Virus record (IMG/VR): IMGVR_UViG_3300025133_000299 | Coordinates: 1-38,015 of that record | From: a virus | Lineage: Duplodnaviria; Caudoviricetes | DNA: 38,015 bases | Reading direction: 5' to 3' (one strand) | Part shown: positions 9,416 through 19,441 of the stretch, piece by piece | How positions within the stretch are numbered: position 1 is the first letter of the stretch | Layout: the number at the start of each line of letters is the position of its first letter | Made by a program: the position numbers and the translations under genes | The notes under the pieces: generated by a model | Seen by the model: the letters and a program-made list of their open reading frames with translations, nothing else | Told to the model about the DNA's origin: nothing | The model's database searches: none

Positions 9416-11514
9416 GTTACGGGAGATACCCCAATTTTACCGATGGTCTTGTTTTGCTCCTGAGTGACGCTCATTTCCAAGTTCTTTATGTAGTTCTGGA
9501 TCAACTGCCCAAACAACTGATCCTTCTCCGCTGCCTCTTTCACCTTCGGGTTCTTTTCTCCCATCTCTCTTGCGTATTTCAACTTGGTTCCCGCAGTCGG
9601 ATCGTTCTCGGTGTAGTTAGGCTCAAAGCCCAACATCATCCCGCCCATCTCGGACTTGACCTCGTTGTACATTCTTTGGCTTGCGCTATTTTGGTCGGTC
9701 AATATCTCGTCGGCAAAGTCCGGTGAAATGGACCGCACCAGTTTTTCGATCAATCGGTTCCGCTCGATTGAACCACCCACATCCAATGGCACCAATTGCT
9801 GTGCAATGATTTCCATCTTCTTCAGGACGTAATCCTGATCCAGATCGCTCACATCAAACTTCAACACAAAGTCGGGCATCTCTTTATCCCTGTTAATAGG
9901 CACCTGCGCCCCTGTGATCTTCATCAGGTCCTCGTCATCGAGATACTGCAACGTCAACTGGAACATCATCTGGTATATCTCGGTCCACACCGTCAACCAG
10001 TTGTTCATCATCGATTGCTGCGTCATCATCGTCACCTGCGGGGATACGTCAGGGTGGGGGAGTCCAAAATACTTTGCAACGGCACGTTCGATAAAAGCAA
10101 TGGTTTCAAACGCAGTCGTCGCCACACCGGCAGGTGGTTTCATAAACGAATAATCACCGGTCTTGGTCACCGGCAACATCACCGCAGGACCCACCTTGTT
10201 TATAAGGCCAAGCCTCTTGTTGACCTCAATGGCAGGCAGCGTTTCAAATGATGTCCTGTCCATAATCGAGTCGATCTGGTTTTTAAGGAATGTCTGGTAA
10301 CTCCCGATCACCTCGGTGATAGGACGACTCTCCACAACCCTCCTCTTAATCACCTCACGCTTGAACTCAACAAACGGATAGCGGCAATGGTTGTAGTCGA
10401 GCATCTCATGCTTTGCATACAACGCCTTGCCAAGCGCATCCCTCTGGATCATCGGTGCAAACACCGTGGTATATATAGCAGGCACACCATCGTCATTCAG
10501 TTGCTTGGTATATGCCCACACAACCTCCACCAAGTTGTCACGCCTATCGATTGCGTCAGCACTCAATGCTGAAGCCGATGTTGTGATGTCGCTGAAATCG
10601 CTTGAACGTCCGGTGGTCTTGATAGCCTCCTCCACCCAATCCTCATTCCAATCATCGTCGTTGACCATGCTGCGTAGCTCGACCTCGGACATATACTGTT
10701 TCCTGAATATAACCCGTGCTTTTTGCAGGGTTGTCGTTTCCGGTGGAAAGCTGATCTCGTCATAAGGTCGGCAAGCCACAAGCAACGGCTTATTAGCCAC
10801 AATATAATCAATAGGGATCGAGCTTTCTCCGGTTTCTCTCAACTCCTTAACAATCTTCTTTGCCGGTCGCCGCTTGATTCCTTCAACCTGAGTCATCAAC
10901 ATGTCAACCACCACCGACTCCTGAGCAGGGTCAAGGATCAACTTGGGGAAGTCTGCAAAAGCAGGGTCTTGCTGAGACATCTCAACAATCTGCTCCAGCG
11001 TGATCTTCATTGGCATCAATTGGTTTTGCTGCTCCCATCCGACAAACATCGCAGACCACCCATACTGCATGGAATATTGAGCCATCAATTCAGCCTCACG
11101 CCTCATCTCATGGTACAACTTGGTGCCAATCAACCAACGCATCAACGTGTTCATGCTTGCCGCTGCCTCGGTGTCGCTCGACTCGGTCGCTCCCACCTTC
11201 AGTTGGGATTTTTGGAAACCATTCATCATGGTAGCCACAAGCTGATTGATGGTTTCATCTGCAAGCCTGATCCGGTTGTCCGCAGCACCCTCGAAAGGGA
11301 AAGGCTGCGTTCCTTCGCTCAACGCACTTGCGTGTTTCTTGAAATCACTCGTCTGGCTATTCCAACGTGCATAACGCACATCGTCCGCAGACTGTATCCG
11401 TTCCAGAGCATGACCATCGGTCAAACTTCTCCTATACTCAAAAGTCAATGTCTCCACATCAACCTTGCCGTCCTTGTGCTTGACCAATTGGTCCTCTGAT
11501 TCGTTCTTGTTCAT
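9412..11514 (-). CDS. portal protein
   Basis: 700 aa helical protein between terminase and scaffold; 'FPFEGAAD.R', 'H.RYPFVEF' motifs. Confidence 0.8.
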   Translation of the reverse strand: MNKNESEDQLVKHKDGKVDVETLTFEYRRSLTDGHALERIQSADDVRYARWNSQTSDFKKHASALSEGTQPFPFEGAADNRIRLADETINQLVATMMNGFQKSQLKVGATESSDTEAAASMNTLMRWLIGTKLYHEMRREAELMAQYSMQYGWSAMFVGWEQQNQLMPMKITLEQIVEMSQQDPAFADFPKLILDPAQESVVVDMLMTQVEGIKRRPAKKIVKELRETGESSIPIDYIVANKPLLVACRPYDEISFPPETTTLQKARVIFRKQYMSEVELRSMVNDDDWNEDWVEEAIKTTGRSSDFSDITTSASALSADAIDRRDNLVEVVWAYTKQLNDDGVPAIYTTVFAPMIQRDALGKALYAKHEMLDYNHCRYPFVEFKREVIKRRVVESRPITEVIGSYQTFLKNQIDSIMDRTSFETLPAIEVNKRLGLINKVGPAVMLPVTKTGDYSFMKPPAGVATTAFETIAFIERAVAKYFGLPHPDVSPQVTMMTQQSMMNNWLTVWTEIYQMMFQLTLQYLDDEDLMKITGAQVPINRDKEMPDFVLKFDVSDLDQDYVLKKMEIIAQQLVPLDVGGSIERNRLIEKLVRSISPDFADEILTDQNSASQRMYNEVKSEMGGMMLGFEPNYTENDPTAGTKLKYAREMGEKNPKVKEAAEKDQLFGQLIQNYIKNLEMSVTQEQNKTIGKIGVSPVT

Positions 11515-11515
11515 T

Positions 11516-11710
11516 TTATGAAAGCCCTGTGTGTTTCAATAGGTGGTCCCTAAATATCTTGTAGCGGGGGGAACCTTTATCCCCGCCCTGAAGCGTGTAA
11601 GTCTTCAAGACTCCATTGCGCCTCAACTTGGTTAAATATTCTTTTGAGAGTCCGGTCAGTTCCGCTGCCTCGGATAAGCTCAATAATGGTGGGTAGTTAG
11701 CTACTTGCAT
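11516..11710 (-). CDS. HTH_17-like DNA-binding protein
   Basis: 'LLSLSEAAELTGLSKEYLTKLRRNGVL...RYKIFR'; likely start MQVANY at 11710. Confidence 0.7.
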   Translation of the reverse strand: MQVANYPPLLSLSEAAELTGLSKEYLTKLRRNGVLKTYTLQGGDKGSPRYKIFRDHLLKHTGLS

Positions 11711-11715
11711 CAATT

Positions 11716-13329
11716 TTAATATGTCCCTCCTCCTGACGATGCCCATGTTTGATCCGTGATGTGCATCGGGTTTGCGGTCATTATATAGCGGAGACAGTCA
11801 ACGGGGTCCTTGAAGGCGTTTCTCTCCCCACCGGCAGCACTTGCCTCGGTCATGCAGGCTATCGTGTTTTTGCATTCGCTTGATATGAACAACTTGGGCT
11901 GGTTGACACTACTCAGCTTGTCGTCAATGTTGTAATCCAATGCATCGTTCACAACCCCTATGCCCTGCTCGATGTGTATTCCCGCCGCAGGTGTGAAAAA
12001 CATCTCAGGCTCATCATATGCCATCCTTTCAATCAGGGTCACACCATCGTCGGTCATCGCCTTACTGCCTCCTGCACGGGGGTCGATATACCTCTCCTCG
12101 ATCTTCTCGTCCCCTTCAAGTTCCTTGATCAACTCCTTATACATCGTATGACCGGTGCCCACCGGTTTTTGGGCAGGCCCAATCTTCCCGCTCATGTCGT
12201 CACCCCCTACTGCCCACTCCCCATAGGTGGGCATGTCAGGGTATTCCCTATATATGAAAAACCGTTCCTCACCGTCCACAACACAGACCCTTAACCAGAG
12301 GATATACCACGACCGTGCCCCGTGAGGGTCGGCAACCATGTAATTTGTGCCATCCGTTGGTATATCTGCATGGTTTATCACATGGTCCTTACCAAACTTC
12401 GGGAACCATGTGTTGCTAGTCCGGTCACACCACCCATATGCCCTGATCTTGATCTGCGTGGAACTCTCACCCGTCAAGACCCTCTCCATCTGGTCATACG
12501 GATTGTAAGGGTTCATGCTGGTGTGAAAAAACACCACAGCACAACTTGGGTCCATGCACTCCATCTGGTAAGGCATCGTTCCCACCGGACATCCGGTCAC
12601 GTTAACCGTGTCGGGGAGCAGGGGAGACTCAACCGTGGATAAAGGCTTCGCCCCTGCCATGAACTTGTTCACGACAGGGGTCCAGCCGGTGATAGGGGTT
12701 GCCGCTATAATCAGCTTCCCCTTCCGTGTGACCAAGCGGTAGACCGCAGTCTCCACTAAACTCGCTGGCACCAATTCATCACAATATATAAGGTCCGCTT
12801 CCATCCCCTCAAGGATGTCGCTTCTCTGCTCATAATAATGGAAGAAACATTGACTCCCGTTGGGCAGCACAAAACTGGAATTGGTGAACCCGTTTTTTTG
12901 CGTGTAACTGACGTTGCCAACCTTGCCCATCTTCTTCCTGCCTTTGAACTGGTTTGGTAAATACTTGTAAACCGCAGGCTGAAGGTCACGCACACTACTC
13001 TGGTTGGTCATGCTGAAGGCAACCACCTTGGCCTTGGGCTTGGTGACCATCACATCAACAAGTTTCCTGCAACTGTAACTCGTCTTGCCGCTGCGGTTGC
13101 CTCCGCTTATCAACAGGTGGTCATAAGTCTTTAATAAGTCGTCCGCATCCTTCCAATGGTCGGGAATGTAACCGGAATAATATGCGTCCTCCTCCTCCTG
13201 CCTGATGATCTCCTCTCTGGCAGGCTTCAGGACGTTCTCGATGAGGTGGGTGCCCTTCTCTTCACCGTACTGCTCCTTAATCGAAGCAACGGTGTCTGAA
13301 TCGAGGTCCTGAAGTACGGGGTGGTTCAA
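11716..13329 (-). CDS. terL: terminase large subunit
   Basis: Walker A GGNRSGKT, Walker B IYCDE, ATP coupling motif, RNase H-like VADP...DPVDCLRY. Confidence 0.9.
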   Translation of the reverse strand: MNHPVLQDLDSDTVASIKEQYGEEKGTHLIENVLKPAREEIIRQEEEDAYYSGYIPDHWKDADDLLKTYDHLLISGGNRSGKTSYSCRKLVDVMVTKPKAKVVAFSMTNQSSVRDLQPAVYKYLPNQFKGRKKMGKVGNVSYTQKNGFTNSSFVLPNGSQCFFHYYEQRSDILEGMEADLIYCDELVPASLVETAVYRLVTRKGKLIIAATPITGWTPVVNKFMAGAKPLSTVESPLLPDTVNVTGCPVGTMPYQMECMDPSCAVVFFHTSMNPYNPYDQMERVLTGESSTQIKIRAYGWCDRTSNTWFPKFGKDHVINHADIPTDGTNYMVADPHGARSWYILWLRVCVVDGEERFFIYREYPDMPTYGEWAVGGDDMSGKIGPAQKPVGTGHTMYKELIKELEGDEKIEERYIDPRAGGSKAMTDDGVTLIERMAYDEPEMFFTPAAGIHIEQGIGVVNDALDYNIDDKLSSVNQPKLFISSECKNTIACMTEASAAGGERNAFKDPVDCLRYIMTANPMHITDQTWASSGGGTY

Positions 13330-13742
13330 CTGTCCAATTTGACCAACGTGAAGCCCTCCACAGGCACATCAAAAAATGACTCGGTTCCATCAGGCACATA
13401 CTTGTTGGGCACCTGTTCGATGGGGCAACAATCTATATCCTCACTCTGTATGGTCATGGCATGGGTGCATTCCCTGTTTAGCACCCAATAGGTGAAGGAC
13501 TCCTGCATGAGCCTCTTTTTCCGGTAGGGAATGTGGATGGTGTCGAAGGGAAACTTCGCTCCGGTCCAACCGGATCGAATTTCCACCTCATGCCGCAATA
13601 ACTGCAACTCCCTGATGTCATGCTTCTTGTCCTCAGAGGCATTGATCCATGACCCTCCTTTTTGTAGGTGAGCCGTTACCGCAGTTTTACCCTTGGCATC
13701 GTTGGCCTTGTACAAGGAAGGGCTGAACGCTTTTCTCGTCAT
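13326..13742 (-). CDS. hypothetical protein, possible PD-(D/E)XK-like nuclease
   Basis: 'HD...HEVEIR..W...FPFDTIHIPYRK' resembles small phage PD-(D/E)XK-fold proteins. Confidence 0.4.
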   Translation of the reverse strand: MTRKAFSPSLYKANDAKGKTAVTAHLQKGGSWINASEDKKHDIRELQLLRHEVEIRSGWTGAKFPFDTIHIPYRKKRLMQESFTYWVLNRECTHAMTIQSEDIDCCPIEQVPNKYVPDGTESFFDVPVEGFTLVKLDS

Positions 13743-13745
13743 GGG

Positions 13746-14084
13746 CTATCTCCACTTGTCCTCCGATAACAGGCTCAAGATCAACCCGTAGTTGGCAATG
13801 TCCATACAGTTGTCCTCTATGGACTCGTTGTTTGGCGAATCCCTGTTGTCCAGTAAATTGGCTATCCGATGCACCTTGTCCTTCACTCTGGTTAACACCC
13901 CAAACATGTCCTGATTCTTACTACCCCAAGAAGCTATATTCTTGCTTCCGTAGTCCGTTTGCTTTGCGTCAAAGACCTTAATGTTTTTCAGGAACTGCGA
14001 TAACGCAGCCCTCGACATTTCGGTCCTCAAATCCAAAGACTCTGCTATTTCCTTCTCTGTCATAGGCACTACTCCGCTTGTCAT
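13746..14084 (-). CDS. DUF1599 / nucleotide-modification-associated (MazG-like helical) protein
   Basis: 'KQTDYG...RVKDKVHRIANL...ESIEDNCMDIANYG' signature; start uncertain (14084 or 14063). Confidence 0.7.
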   Translation of the reverse strand: MTSGVVPMTEKEIAESLDLRTEMSRAALSQFLKNIKVFDAKQTDYGSKNIASWGSKNQDMFGVLTRVKDKVHRIANLLDNRDSPNNESIEDNCMDIANYGLILSLLSEDKWR

Positions 14085-14203
14085 AAATCTCCCCCCAACA
14101 CCGCAAATACGGGTAGGGGGCCGGTGGTGGTCGCAGCCCAGCAAGCCACAAACAACGTAAACGTAATTCCAGCCTTTCTAACTGGAGGGTTTATGTTTTT
14201 CAT
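14081..14203 (-). CDS. small hydrophobic peptide
   Basis: MKNINPPVRKAGITFTLFVACWAA...; stop overlaps the next ATG. Confidence 0.35.
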   Translation of the reverse strand: MKNINPPVRKAGITFTLFVACWAATTTGPLPVFAVLGGDL

Positions 14204-14219
14204 TGCTATCACCACCAAA

Positions 14220-14429
14220 TTACCAAAATAAAAACTTCCGCTTGGGCTTGCAGTCTTCAGGGTTCCTGATAGCCCTCTCCTGAGCCTTGGCAAGTTGGTG
14301 CTGCGTGAACATGAAAGGCACCCAATCCTTGCCGGTGTTCATCCAAGCCTGAATGTAAACCTCGTTGGCACCTATCTTACGGTTCCTGTTCTCAATCACA
14401 TACAACCTGCCTTTTTTGCACTTCATCAT
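14220..14429 (-). CDS. hypothetical protein
   Basis: 69 aa basic ORF in operon. Confidence 0.6.
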   Translation of the reverse strand: MMKCKKGRLYVIENRNRKIGANEVYIQAWMNTGKDWVPFMFTQHQLAKAQERAIRNPEDCKPKRKFLFW

Positions 14430-14432
14430 AAA

Positions 14433-14702
14433 TCAGTCATCGTCCATGACGATCTTCCAACCCTCTCCCTCGTCATCTCCCTCGTCATCCTCCTCGTTTT
14501 CCGCAAAGGCTTCAGACACCAAGGAGTTTTTCACGACCTCCAACACCCCAATCATCGAGACATAAGTAAGGTCGAACTCCTCCATGTAGATGCATATCAG
14601 CTTCTCCAAAGCCTCGTACACCTTCTCCTGTTTTTCCTCCTCGGTCACAGTCTTCCACGATATCTCGGATGCCTCACCGCATAGAAACTCGACCCGTCCC
14701 AC
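14433..14702 (-). CDS. small acidic hypothetical protein
   Basis: Very D/E-rich; true start probably near 14648. Confidence 0.55.
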   Translation of the reverse strand: MGRVEFLCGEASEISWKTVTEEEKQEKVYEALEKLICIYMEEFDLTYVSMIGVLEVVKNSLVSEAFAENEEDDEGDDEGEGWKIVMDDD

Positions 14703-15013
14703 TTCACCGGAAACACAAAGCCCTTGGAGTACATCAAGTTGTCCTTCACCTTCACCAAATAATCCTCCCCCATAACCTTCGCATTAGCCAACCTCTGGTT
14801 CCGAGGAACCTTACCAACTACCTCGGCTACATGACTCGGCGGGTGAGGAGTCAGGCCCATGTCAAACATCACCTGATCACGCCCCTCCTCAGTCCATTTG
14901 TAAGACCTGCCTGATGGCTCATAGTGAAAACCCTCCTGAAGCCTCTTGCGCCTCACCTGAAGGTCCCTCGCAGTTACCCCAAGCTCCTTAACTAACTTTT
15001 GCTGATCAACCAT
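14645..15013 (-). CDS. hypothetical protein with N-terminal HTH-like segment
   Basis: 'QQKLVKELGVTARDLQVRRK'. Confidence 0.55.
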   Translation of the reverse strand: MVDQQKLVKELGVTARDLQVRRKRLQEGFHYEPSGRSYKWTEEGRDQVMFDMGLTPHPPSHVAEVVGKVPRNQRLANAKVMGEDYLVKVKDNLMYSKGFVFPVKWDGSSFYAVRHPRYRGRL

Positions 15014-15210
15014 TCGTGTTCCTCCTCAAGTACCGACATAACCCACTCATTGATTTGCTCACGGGCCTCCTCTGGCTCGTAATGGCTTTTTAAGCCTATC
15101 TTGAACTGGTCAGCGTCCACACGGACTGCCACAGCACCGGTCACCATCTCGCCCCCATCAATGATCTGGAGGATGTGGATGTGGTTGGCTTTGGGGTTCC
15201 GTCTTTTCAA
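14992..15210 (-). CDS. hypothetical protein
   Basis: 72 aa ORF in operon. Confidence 0.45.
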   Translation of the reverse strand: MKRRNPKANHIHILQIIDGGEMVTGAVAVRVDADQFKIGLKSHYEPEEAREQINEWVMSVLEEEHEWLISKS

Positions 15211-15260
15211 ATTAATTTTTCAAACGTGATAATGCTTCAGCATCCCTGCGGGAAATTGGG

Positions 15261-15797
15261 CTAGGCACCCCCCCCGCCCCCCTTTGCCTCGGATTTGACG
15301 ACCTTATCCTTGCCCTCAACGTCGATTACCCCTGATTTCATTGGGTTTTCTTGGGGTGTTGGTAATCTTCCCTCAAGATGACCAGCCTTGACCTGATCCA
15401 GCAATTTGTTGAAGTCTCCGTGCAAAATGACCTTCTTTTCAGGGGTTTTGCCTACAATTGAATCTTCTAGGACTCCTTTCTTATCAATTAGTATGCATAG
15501 CTGGAGGGCTAATGAGTTGATGTGGACGTTATCGATCTCGTCCTCCAGCCTCTGCAACCCCTTCCCAACAATGCCAGCAATCTTGTTGACATTCCTCCAC
15601 TTCCACTCGGTCAACTGGTCCTTGTTCTCGTACTTAATCTTGTCCACCGTTGGTCTAGCCACTCCACAATCCACGGAGGTCTTGGTCAGGCTATTGCCGT
15701 GCTTCAACGACTCCACAACAGCCTTGTAGCGTTCAGGGTCCTTGACCTGAAGGCTTCTAGGGTTGGGTTTCTTTTTTCCGGTGTCTACACCACCCAC
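15261..15797 (-). CDS. putative terminase small subunit (HTH protein)
   Basis: N-terminal HTH (GNSLTKTSVDCGVARPTV), helical core, 'VIDVE' tail; upstream of terL. Confidence 0.55.
   Translation of the reverse strand: MGGVDTGKKKPNPRSLQVKDPERYKAVVESLKHGNSLTKTSVDCGVARPTVDKIKYENKDQLTEWKWRNVNKIAGIVGKGLQRLEDEIDNVHINSLALQLCILIDKKGVLEDSIVGKTPEKKVILHGDFNKLLDQVKAGHLEGRLPTPQENPMKSGVIDVEGKDKVVKSEAKGGGGGA
15780..15791. promoter_or_regulatory. operator-like palindrome GGTGTCTACACC (copy 1)
   Basis: Exact 12-mer found five times; here at the start of the terS-like gene. Confidence 0.6.
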
Positions 15798-15828
15798 AAA
15801 CCGGTGCCATCAGGCTTGAGAGGGTTTG

Positions 15829-16017
15829 TCAACCCTTTTTCTTGCCGTACACCTTCTTCTTCCATAGCGGCACCTCGGTTGTCTCGTTCTTTGCCAACCA
15901 AGCGTCGAGTTTTTTATTGAGTGCTTTCAGATTCAGGTCCCCGATGCCTTCGGGGTTGTCGTCGATCCTCTCAATACTTTTTCCACCGCCAGCACCGCAA
16001 TTGTTCATTGAACTCAT
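15829..16017 (-). CDS. hypothetical protein
   Basis: 62 aa ORF. Confidence 0.45.
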   Translation of the reverse strand: MSSMNNCGAGGGKSIERIDDNPEGIGDLNLKALNKKLDAWLAKNETTEVPLWKKKVYGKKKG

Positions 16018-16291
16018 ATTCGTGAAAACTCTTCAGCCAAACCCGTTTCTTGTTACGTTGTACCCACTTGCCACAGCCTCGGTAGACACCTCTCTCGATG
16101 TGGGCTTTGAGTTGTGGGTCGTTAGCCCTTGCCGTGTCCGCAAACCCCGTTGTAGTGACCACAAAGTCCCTCAGTCCTGATGGCACCTCATCGTCCGGTT
16201 TTAGCTCATAAACCACCTTTCCTCCAAACTTGGCTATAACAGCCTCTTGAAGCTCTTTATCCCCCCAAGGGGTGTCTACACCCTCCTCCAT
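15971..16291 (-). CDS. hypothetical protein
   Basis: 106 aa ORF. Confidence 0.55.
   Translation of the reverse strand: MEEGVDTPWGDKELQEAVIAKFGGKVVYELKPDDEVPSGLRDFVVTTTGFADTARANDPQLKAHIERGVYRGCGKWVQRNKKRVWLKSFHEYEFNEQLRCWRWKKY
16271..16282. promoter_or_regulatory. operator-like palindrome GGTGTCTACACC (copy 2)
   Basis: Exact copy just inside the start of 15971..16291. Confidence 0.55.
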
Positions 16292-16302
16292 AATAAAAAG
16301 CC

Positions 16303-16518
16303 CTACAGCACCCCTTTCTGGCTCCGCAAGCGCATCTCTCTCTCCTTCAGCCCATCCAACTCCCTTCGCACCACCTTCAGCACCTGATAATGGTACTCTC
16401 TTTCACACTCACCTTTGCAGGCTGAGTCAGCGCAATGAGTGTTGGTGCAATTCTTCTTTTTCAAGCTAACCAAAGCTTCCGCTAATGTTGTTGTTTTTTT
16501 CATGATATCCGCATCCAT
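16303..16518 (-). CDS. small Cys-rich hypothetical protein
   Basis: 71 aa with a five-Cys cluster. Confidence 0.5.
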   Translation of the reverse strand: MDADIMKKTTTLAEALVSLKKKNCTNTHCADSACKGECEREYHYQVLKVVRRELDGLKEREMRLRSQKGVL

Positions 16519-16759
16519 AAACCCTACGGCACTTGCGGGGGGATTCCCCTTTAGGGAATGACCATTGTATTCCCCCCCTAAAGGGGGGGGATACGATGGT
16601 CACCCCGTGGTGCCTTCGGGCGGGGATGTTAAAAACCCCAAGCCCACCACCACTCGGTGGTAGGCACCAACCAGACTGCGAGCGACTTGCAGGAGGGCTT
16701 AACTTACCCGCAGTCGTGTGCGGTTGGCTTGGGAAAATTTGTTGATGACCCATCGGTAA

Positions 16760-17074
16760 TCAGGCTTGTTCGGGCTTGTTCAGAAATGACTTGAGGAAGG
16801 CAACGAAGCCAAGGACCTGTTTCTTGTCGCTAGAATTGTTGCCAACTCTCCCTGCAACTAGTGCCCGACTATGAGTGACTGTGCTGTGGTGCCTTCCCCA
16901 AAATTTACCGACCTCAATGCTTCGGATGCCTGCGTCCACCGCAATAAACATGCAGACTGCCCTTGGCCATGACACCTTACTTTGCCGGTCCCTGCTCATA
17001 AGCCGTTCTAGGGGCAGTTCCCAATACTCTGCCGCAGCCTTGGCCAATTTCTCTAGTTTGGTTTCTTTTTTCAC
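16760..17074 (-). CDS. DnaA C-terminal (domain IV)-like HTH protein
   Basis: 'SRDRQSKVSWPRAVCMFIA...EVGKFWGRHHSTVTHS' matches the Bac_DnaA_C pattern. Confidence 0.8.
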   Translation of the reverse strand: MKKETKLEKLAKAAAEYWELPLERLMSRDRQSKVSWPRAVCMFIAVDAGIRSIEVGKFWGRHHSTVTHSRALVAGRVGNNSSDKKQVLGFVAFLKSFLNKPEQA

Positions 17075-18972
17075 AACCTGATATATTTGCCCTCCTTGTT
17101 GCGGAAAATCTTGTCGGATTCACCGAGTGACTTGCGGAACTTGTAGTAGACCTGCCGCCCAATGCCGCAAGTCTCGTTCGCAGCCTCACGCCACTCTGTG
17201 TCGGTGTAGCCGTCCCTCGGCAGGAGTTGCATCATCTCCTTGTCGGTGAATCCGCTTGGGCTAACCGACCCCTTGTCCCCCTTGAACTTCACCTCAACCT
17301 CAACCTTGTGCATAAGCGGGAAATCCCACCTCAACACAAATGCCTCGACCGGTGCGAATGCCCTCAATGTCGGCTCGACGATAAAATGCTCCTTCTGGTG
17401 GTGATCTGTTAACGCTATGATGGCATCGGGGTCCCGTGCAAACACACCGCTACCACTCATCCGGTCAATGCTCGACTTGGCTGCGGCATCACCCTTCGCA
17501 TAGTGGTGACCAAAGGCAAGCGCAGCACCTGAGAGTTTACAAATCTGCTCCAGCGAATTCATCACCTTCCCAATTTCACCAGCATTGTTCTCGTCTTTGT
17601 CTCCTAAAAGTTTATAGACCGGATCAACAATTATCAGGTCATATTGCCGGTCCTCAACCGCATCGGTAATCTGTGGACCAAGCAACTCGATATCACACGC
17701 AAAGCCTCTCAGGTTCCACACATCCATGTTGCTCGACTCGTTCACCTCCATTGCTGCCATGATCCGTGTGATCCGGTCGTGTGCCGTGAAGTCAGTCAAC
17801 TCGAAATTAATATACAACACCTTCCCCTTGGAGGTCCCGAAACCCCACCAAGTCCTGCCACAAGCCACAGCAATCCCAAGGTGAATCAGGGACCATGTCT
17901 TGCGCCCCTTGGACCCTCCACCTATCACCATCTTGCACCCCTTGTGAAGAACTCCCCTAACCACCTGTGCAGGTGGGGCCATGTCCTGAGATGTGAATAC
18001 CTGCGAGTTGACTATGGAGGGCAGGGACGGTGCCCTGAACCCCACTTTCCTTGCGCTGCAAATACACTCACCAACACTCGACGGTGTGGCACCCTTCCGC
18101 AGCCAATCGTTAAGGTCCTCAAACTCGTTGGGAGTGTCCACAACATAGACCGTCTGGAACTCATCAACCAAACCATCGCACCACTTCTGTGCAGGTGTCT
18201 GACCACCGTCATCGGTCACATCGTTTTGGGGCCAAATATATATAGCAACATCCTTGCTGTCCTTGCCCAATAAAGTCTCAAGATAACCCCGTGCCTTTGA
18301 TATATTGCTGGCACCCCTTGTAATCAGCACAGAGGTGTCTTCAATCCCTGCCAACTCCATCAGAGCGAATGCGTCAAACTGCGACTCAAACACATGCACC
18401 AAGGGAGTGCTGGTCTGACCTATAAACCAAGGCAGTTGCTTGCCGCCCAAAATCCGAAACTTGGGATGCTTCCTCGGACTGTAAATATGAACACCCTTCA
18501 GCTTGCTCAAGGCAGTCAGGATTGGGAAGCATATGTAGCCTTCGTGAAGCCCAACATGCCGGTGGTCAATCAACCACCGACATGTGGACTCACTATAACC
18601 TCGCCACTCAGCAAGGCCCCTTACTAACTCAACATGACCTTCCGGTTCGATGTCGAAACACGCACCGAAATTTTCCTTCTTTGTAAATTTTTCTTCCTCC
18701 ATTGGCTTTCCGCTTAACTCACACCACTTGGCCAAGGCTTGCTTGAAGTCCATGCCGTAGTGTTGCTTTAAAAAATCCAGTTCATCACCCTTGTCCGTGC
18801 TTCCGTGATCCTTCCAGAAGTGTCTCCCTTGAAACTCAAACACGGAGAAGGACGGTTTCTTGTCGTGCCTTAACGGTGACCGTGCAGACTTCTTTGCAGA
18901 CTCTTCCAAGCCCAACGCTTCAAGCATTCTAGGGAGGGGCATGATTGCCCTCAGTTCATCCAAGTCCTTCAC
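17071..18972 (-). CDS. primase-helicase (CHC2-like N-terminus, TOPRIM, AAA_25/RepA-type helicase)
   Basis: 'SPLRHDKKPSF...WKDHG', TOPRIM 'VFESQFDA', 'QND', 'EDLNDW', Walker A GGSKGRKT, Walker B IIVDP, 'SGSGVFARDPD'. Confidence 0.85.
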   Translation of the reverse strand: MKDLDELRAIMPLPRMLEALGLEESAKKSARSPLRHDKKPSFSVFEFQGRHFWKDHGSTDKGDELDFLKQHYGMDFKQALAKWCELSGKPMEEEKFTKKENFGACFDIEPEGHVELVRGLAEWRGYSESTCRWLIDHRHVGLHEGYICFPILTALSKLKGVHIYSPRKHPKFRILGGKQLPWFIGQTSTPLVHVFESQFDAFALMELAGIEDTSVLITRGASNISKARGYLETLLGKDSKDVAIYIWPQNDVTDDGGQTPAQKWCDGLVDEFQTVYVVDTPNEFEDLNDWLRKGATPSSVGECICSARKVGFRAPSLPSIVNSQVFTSQDMAPPAQVVRGVLHKGCKMVIGGGSKGRKTWSLIHLGIAVACGRTWWGFGTSKGKVLYINFELTDFTAHDRITRIMAAMEVNESSNMDVWNLRGFACDIELLGPQITDAVEDRQYDLIIVDPVYKLLGDKDENNAGEIGKVMNSLEQICKLSGAALAFGHHYAKGDAAAKSSIDRMSGSGVFARDPDAIIALTDHHQKEHFIVEPTLRAFAPVEAFVLRWDFPLMHKVEVEVKFKGDKGSVSPSGFTDKEMMQLLPRDGYTDTEWREAANETCGIGRQVYYKFRKSLGESDKIFRNKEGKYIRL

Positions 18973-19441
18973 GTTGTCTCAGTCCTGCCTCTAAAATTAA
19001 TAGTGCGTCTGCGTTCTTCAAGGTCACCGCAACTCCCGCAGGGTACATGTCAACGGCAGCCATCTTCAGGTGCCTCTTCCAATCAGGCTGAGACATTCCT
19101 TTCTCCCTCTTCAAACCAAGCGTCTTCTGCCATGACTGTGGGGTGATGGGAACCACGTTGGTGCCCACCGCAAGGCAGGCACCAACGATTGTTCCATAGT
19201 TCTCTCCCAGCACAAATGAAGTGTGCCCCGTGCTTGGCCTGCCGTGGTAACCCTGCACCTTCTCAATCCACATGGTGAGAGGCTTGAGAAACTGGATGTA
19301 GTCCACGATCAGCTTGGCACGTTCTTCACGGTCGCCCTTCGGCATGTTATGAACCCTGATCCCGTTGCCGGTCTTGTAGCAAAATCCACCACCGACACCG
19401 GCATCGCAGGCCATCTCAATTATATGCCGATTCGTTCCCAT
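18956..19441 (-). CDS. RuvC-like Holliday junction resolvase
   Basis: 'ACDAGVGGG', 'WIEKV', 'PQSWQK', 'ADALLI'; likely start 19441. Confidence 0.75.
   Translation of the reverse strand: MGTNRHIIEMACDAGVGGGFCYKTGNGIRVHNMPKGDREERAKLIVDYIQFLKPLTMWIEKVQGYHGRPSTGHTSFVLGENYGTIVGACLAVGTNVVPITPQSWQKTLGLKREKGMSQPDWKRHLKMAAVDMYPAGVAVTLKNADALLILEAGLRQREGLG

Noticed and set aside
17895-17925. Non-canonical Walker A (GGSKGRKT) as sign of a dead helicase
   Set aside because: KT, Walker B and downstream motifs are intact; substitution before KT is plausible in AAA_25-type helicases.
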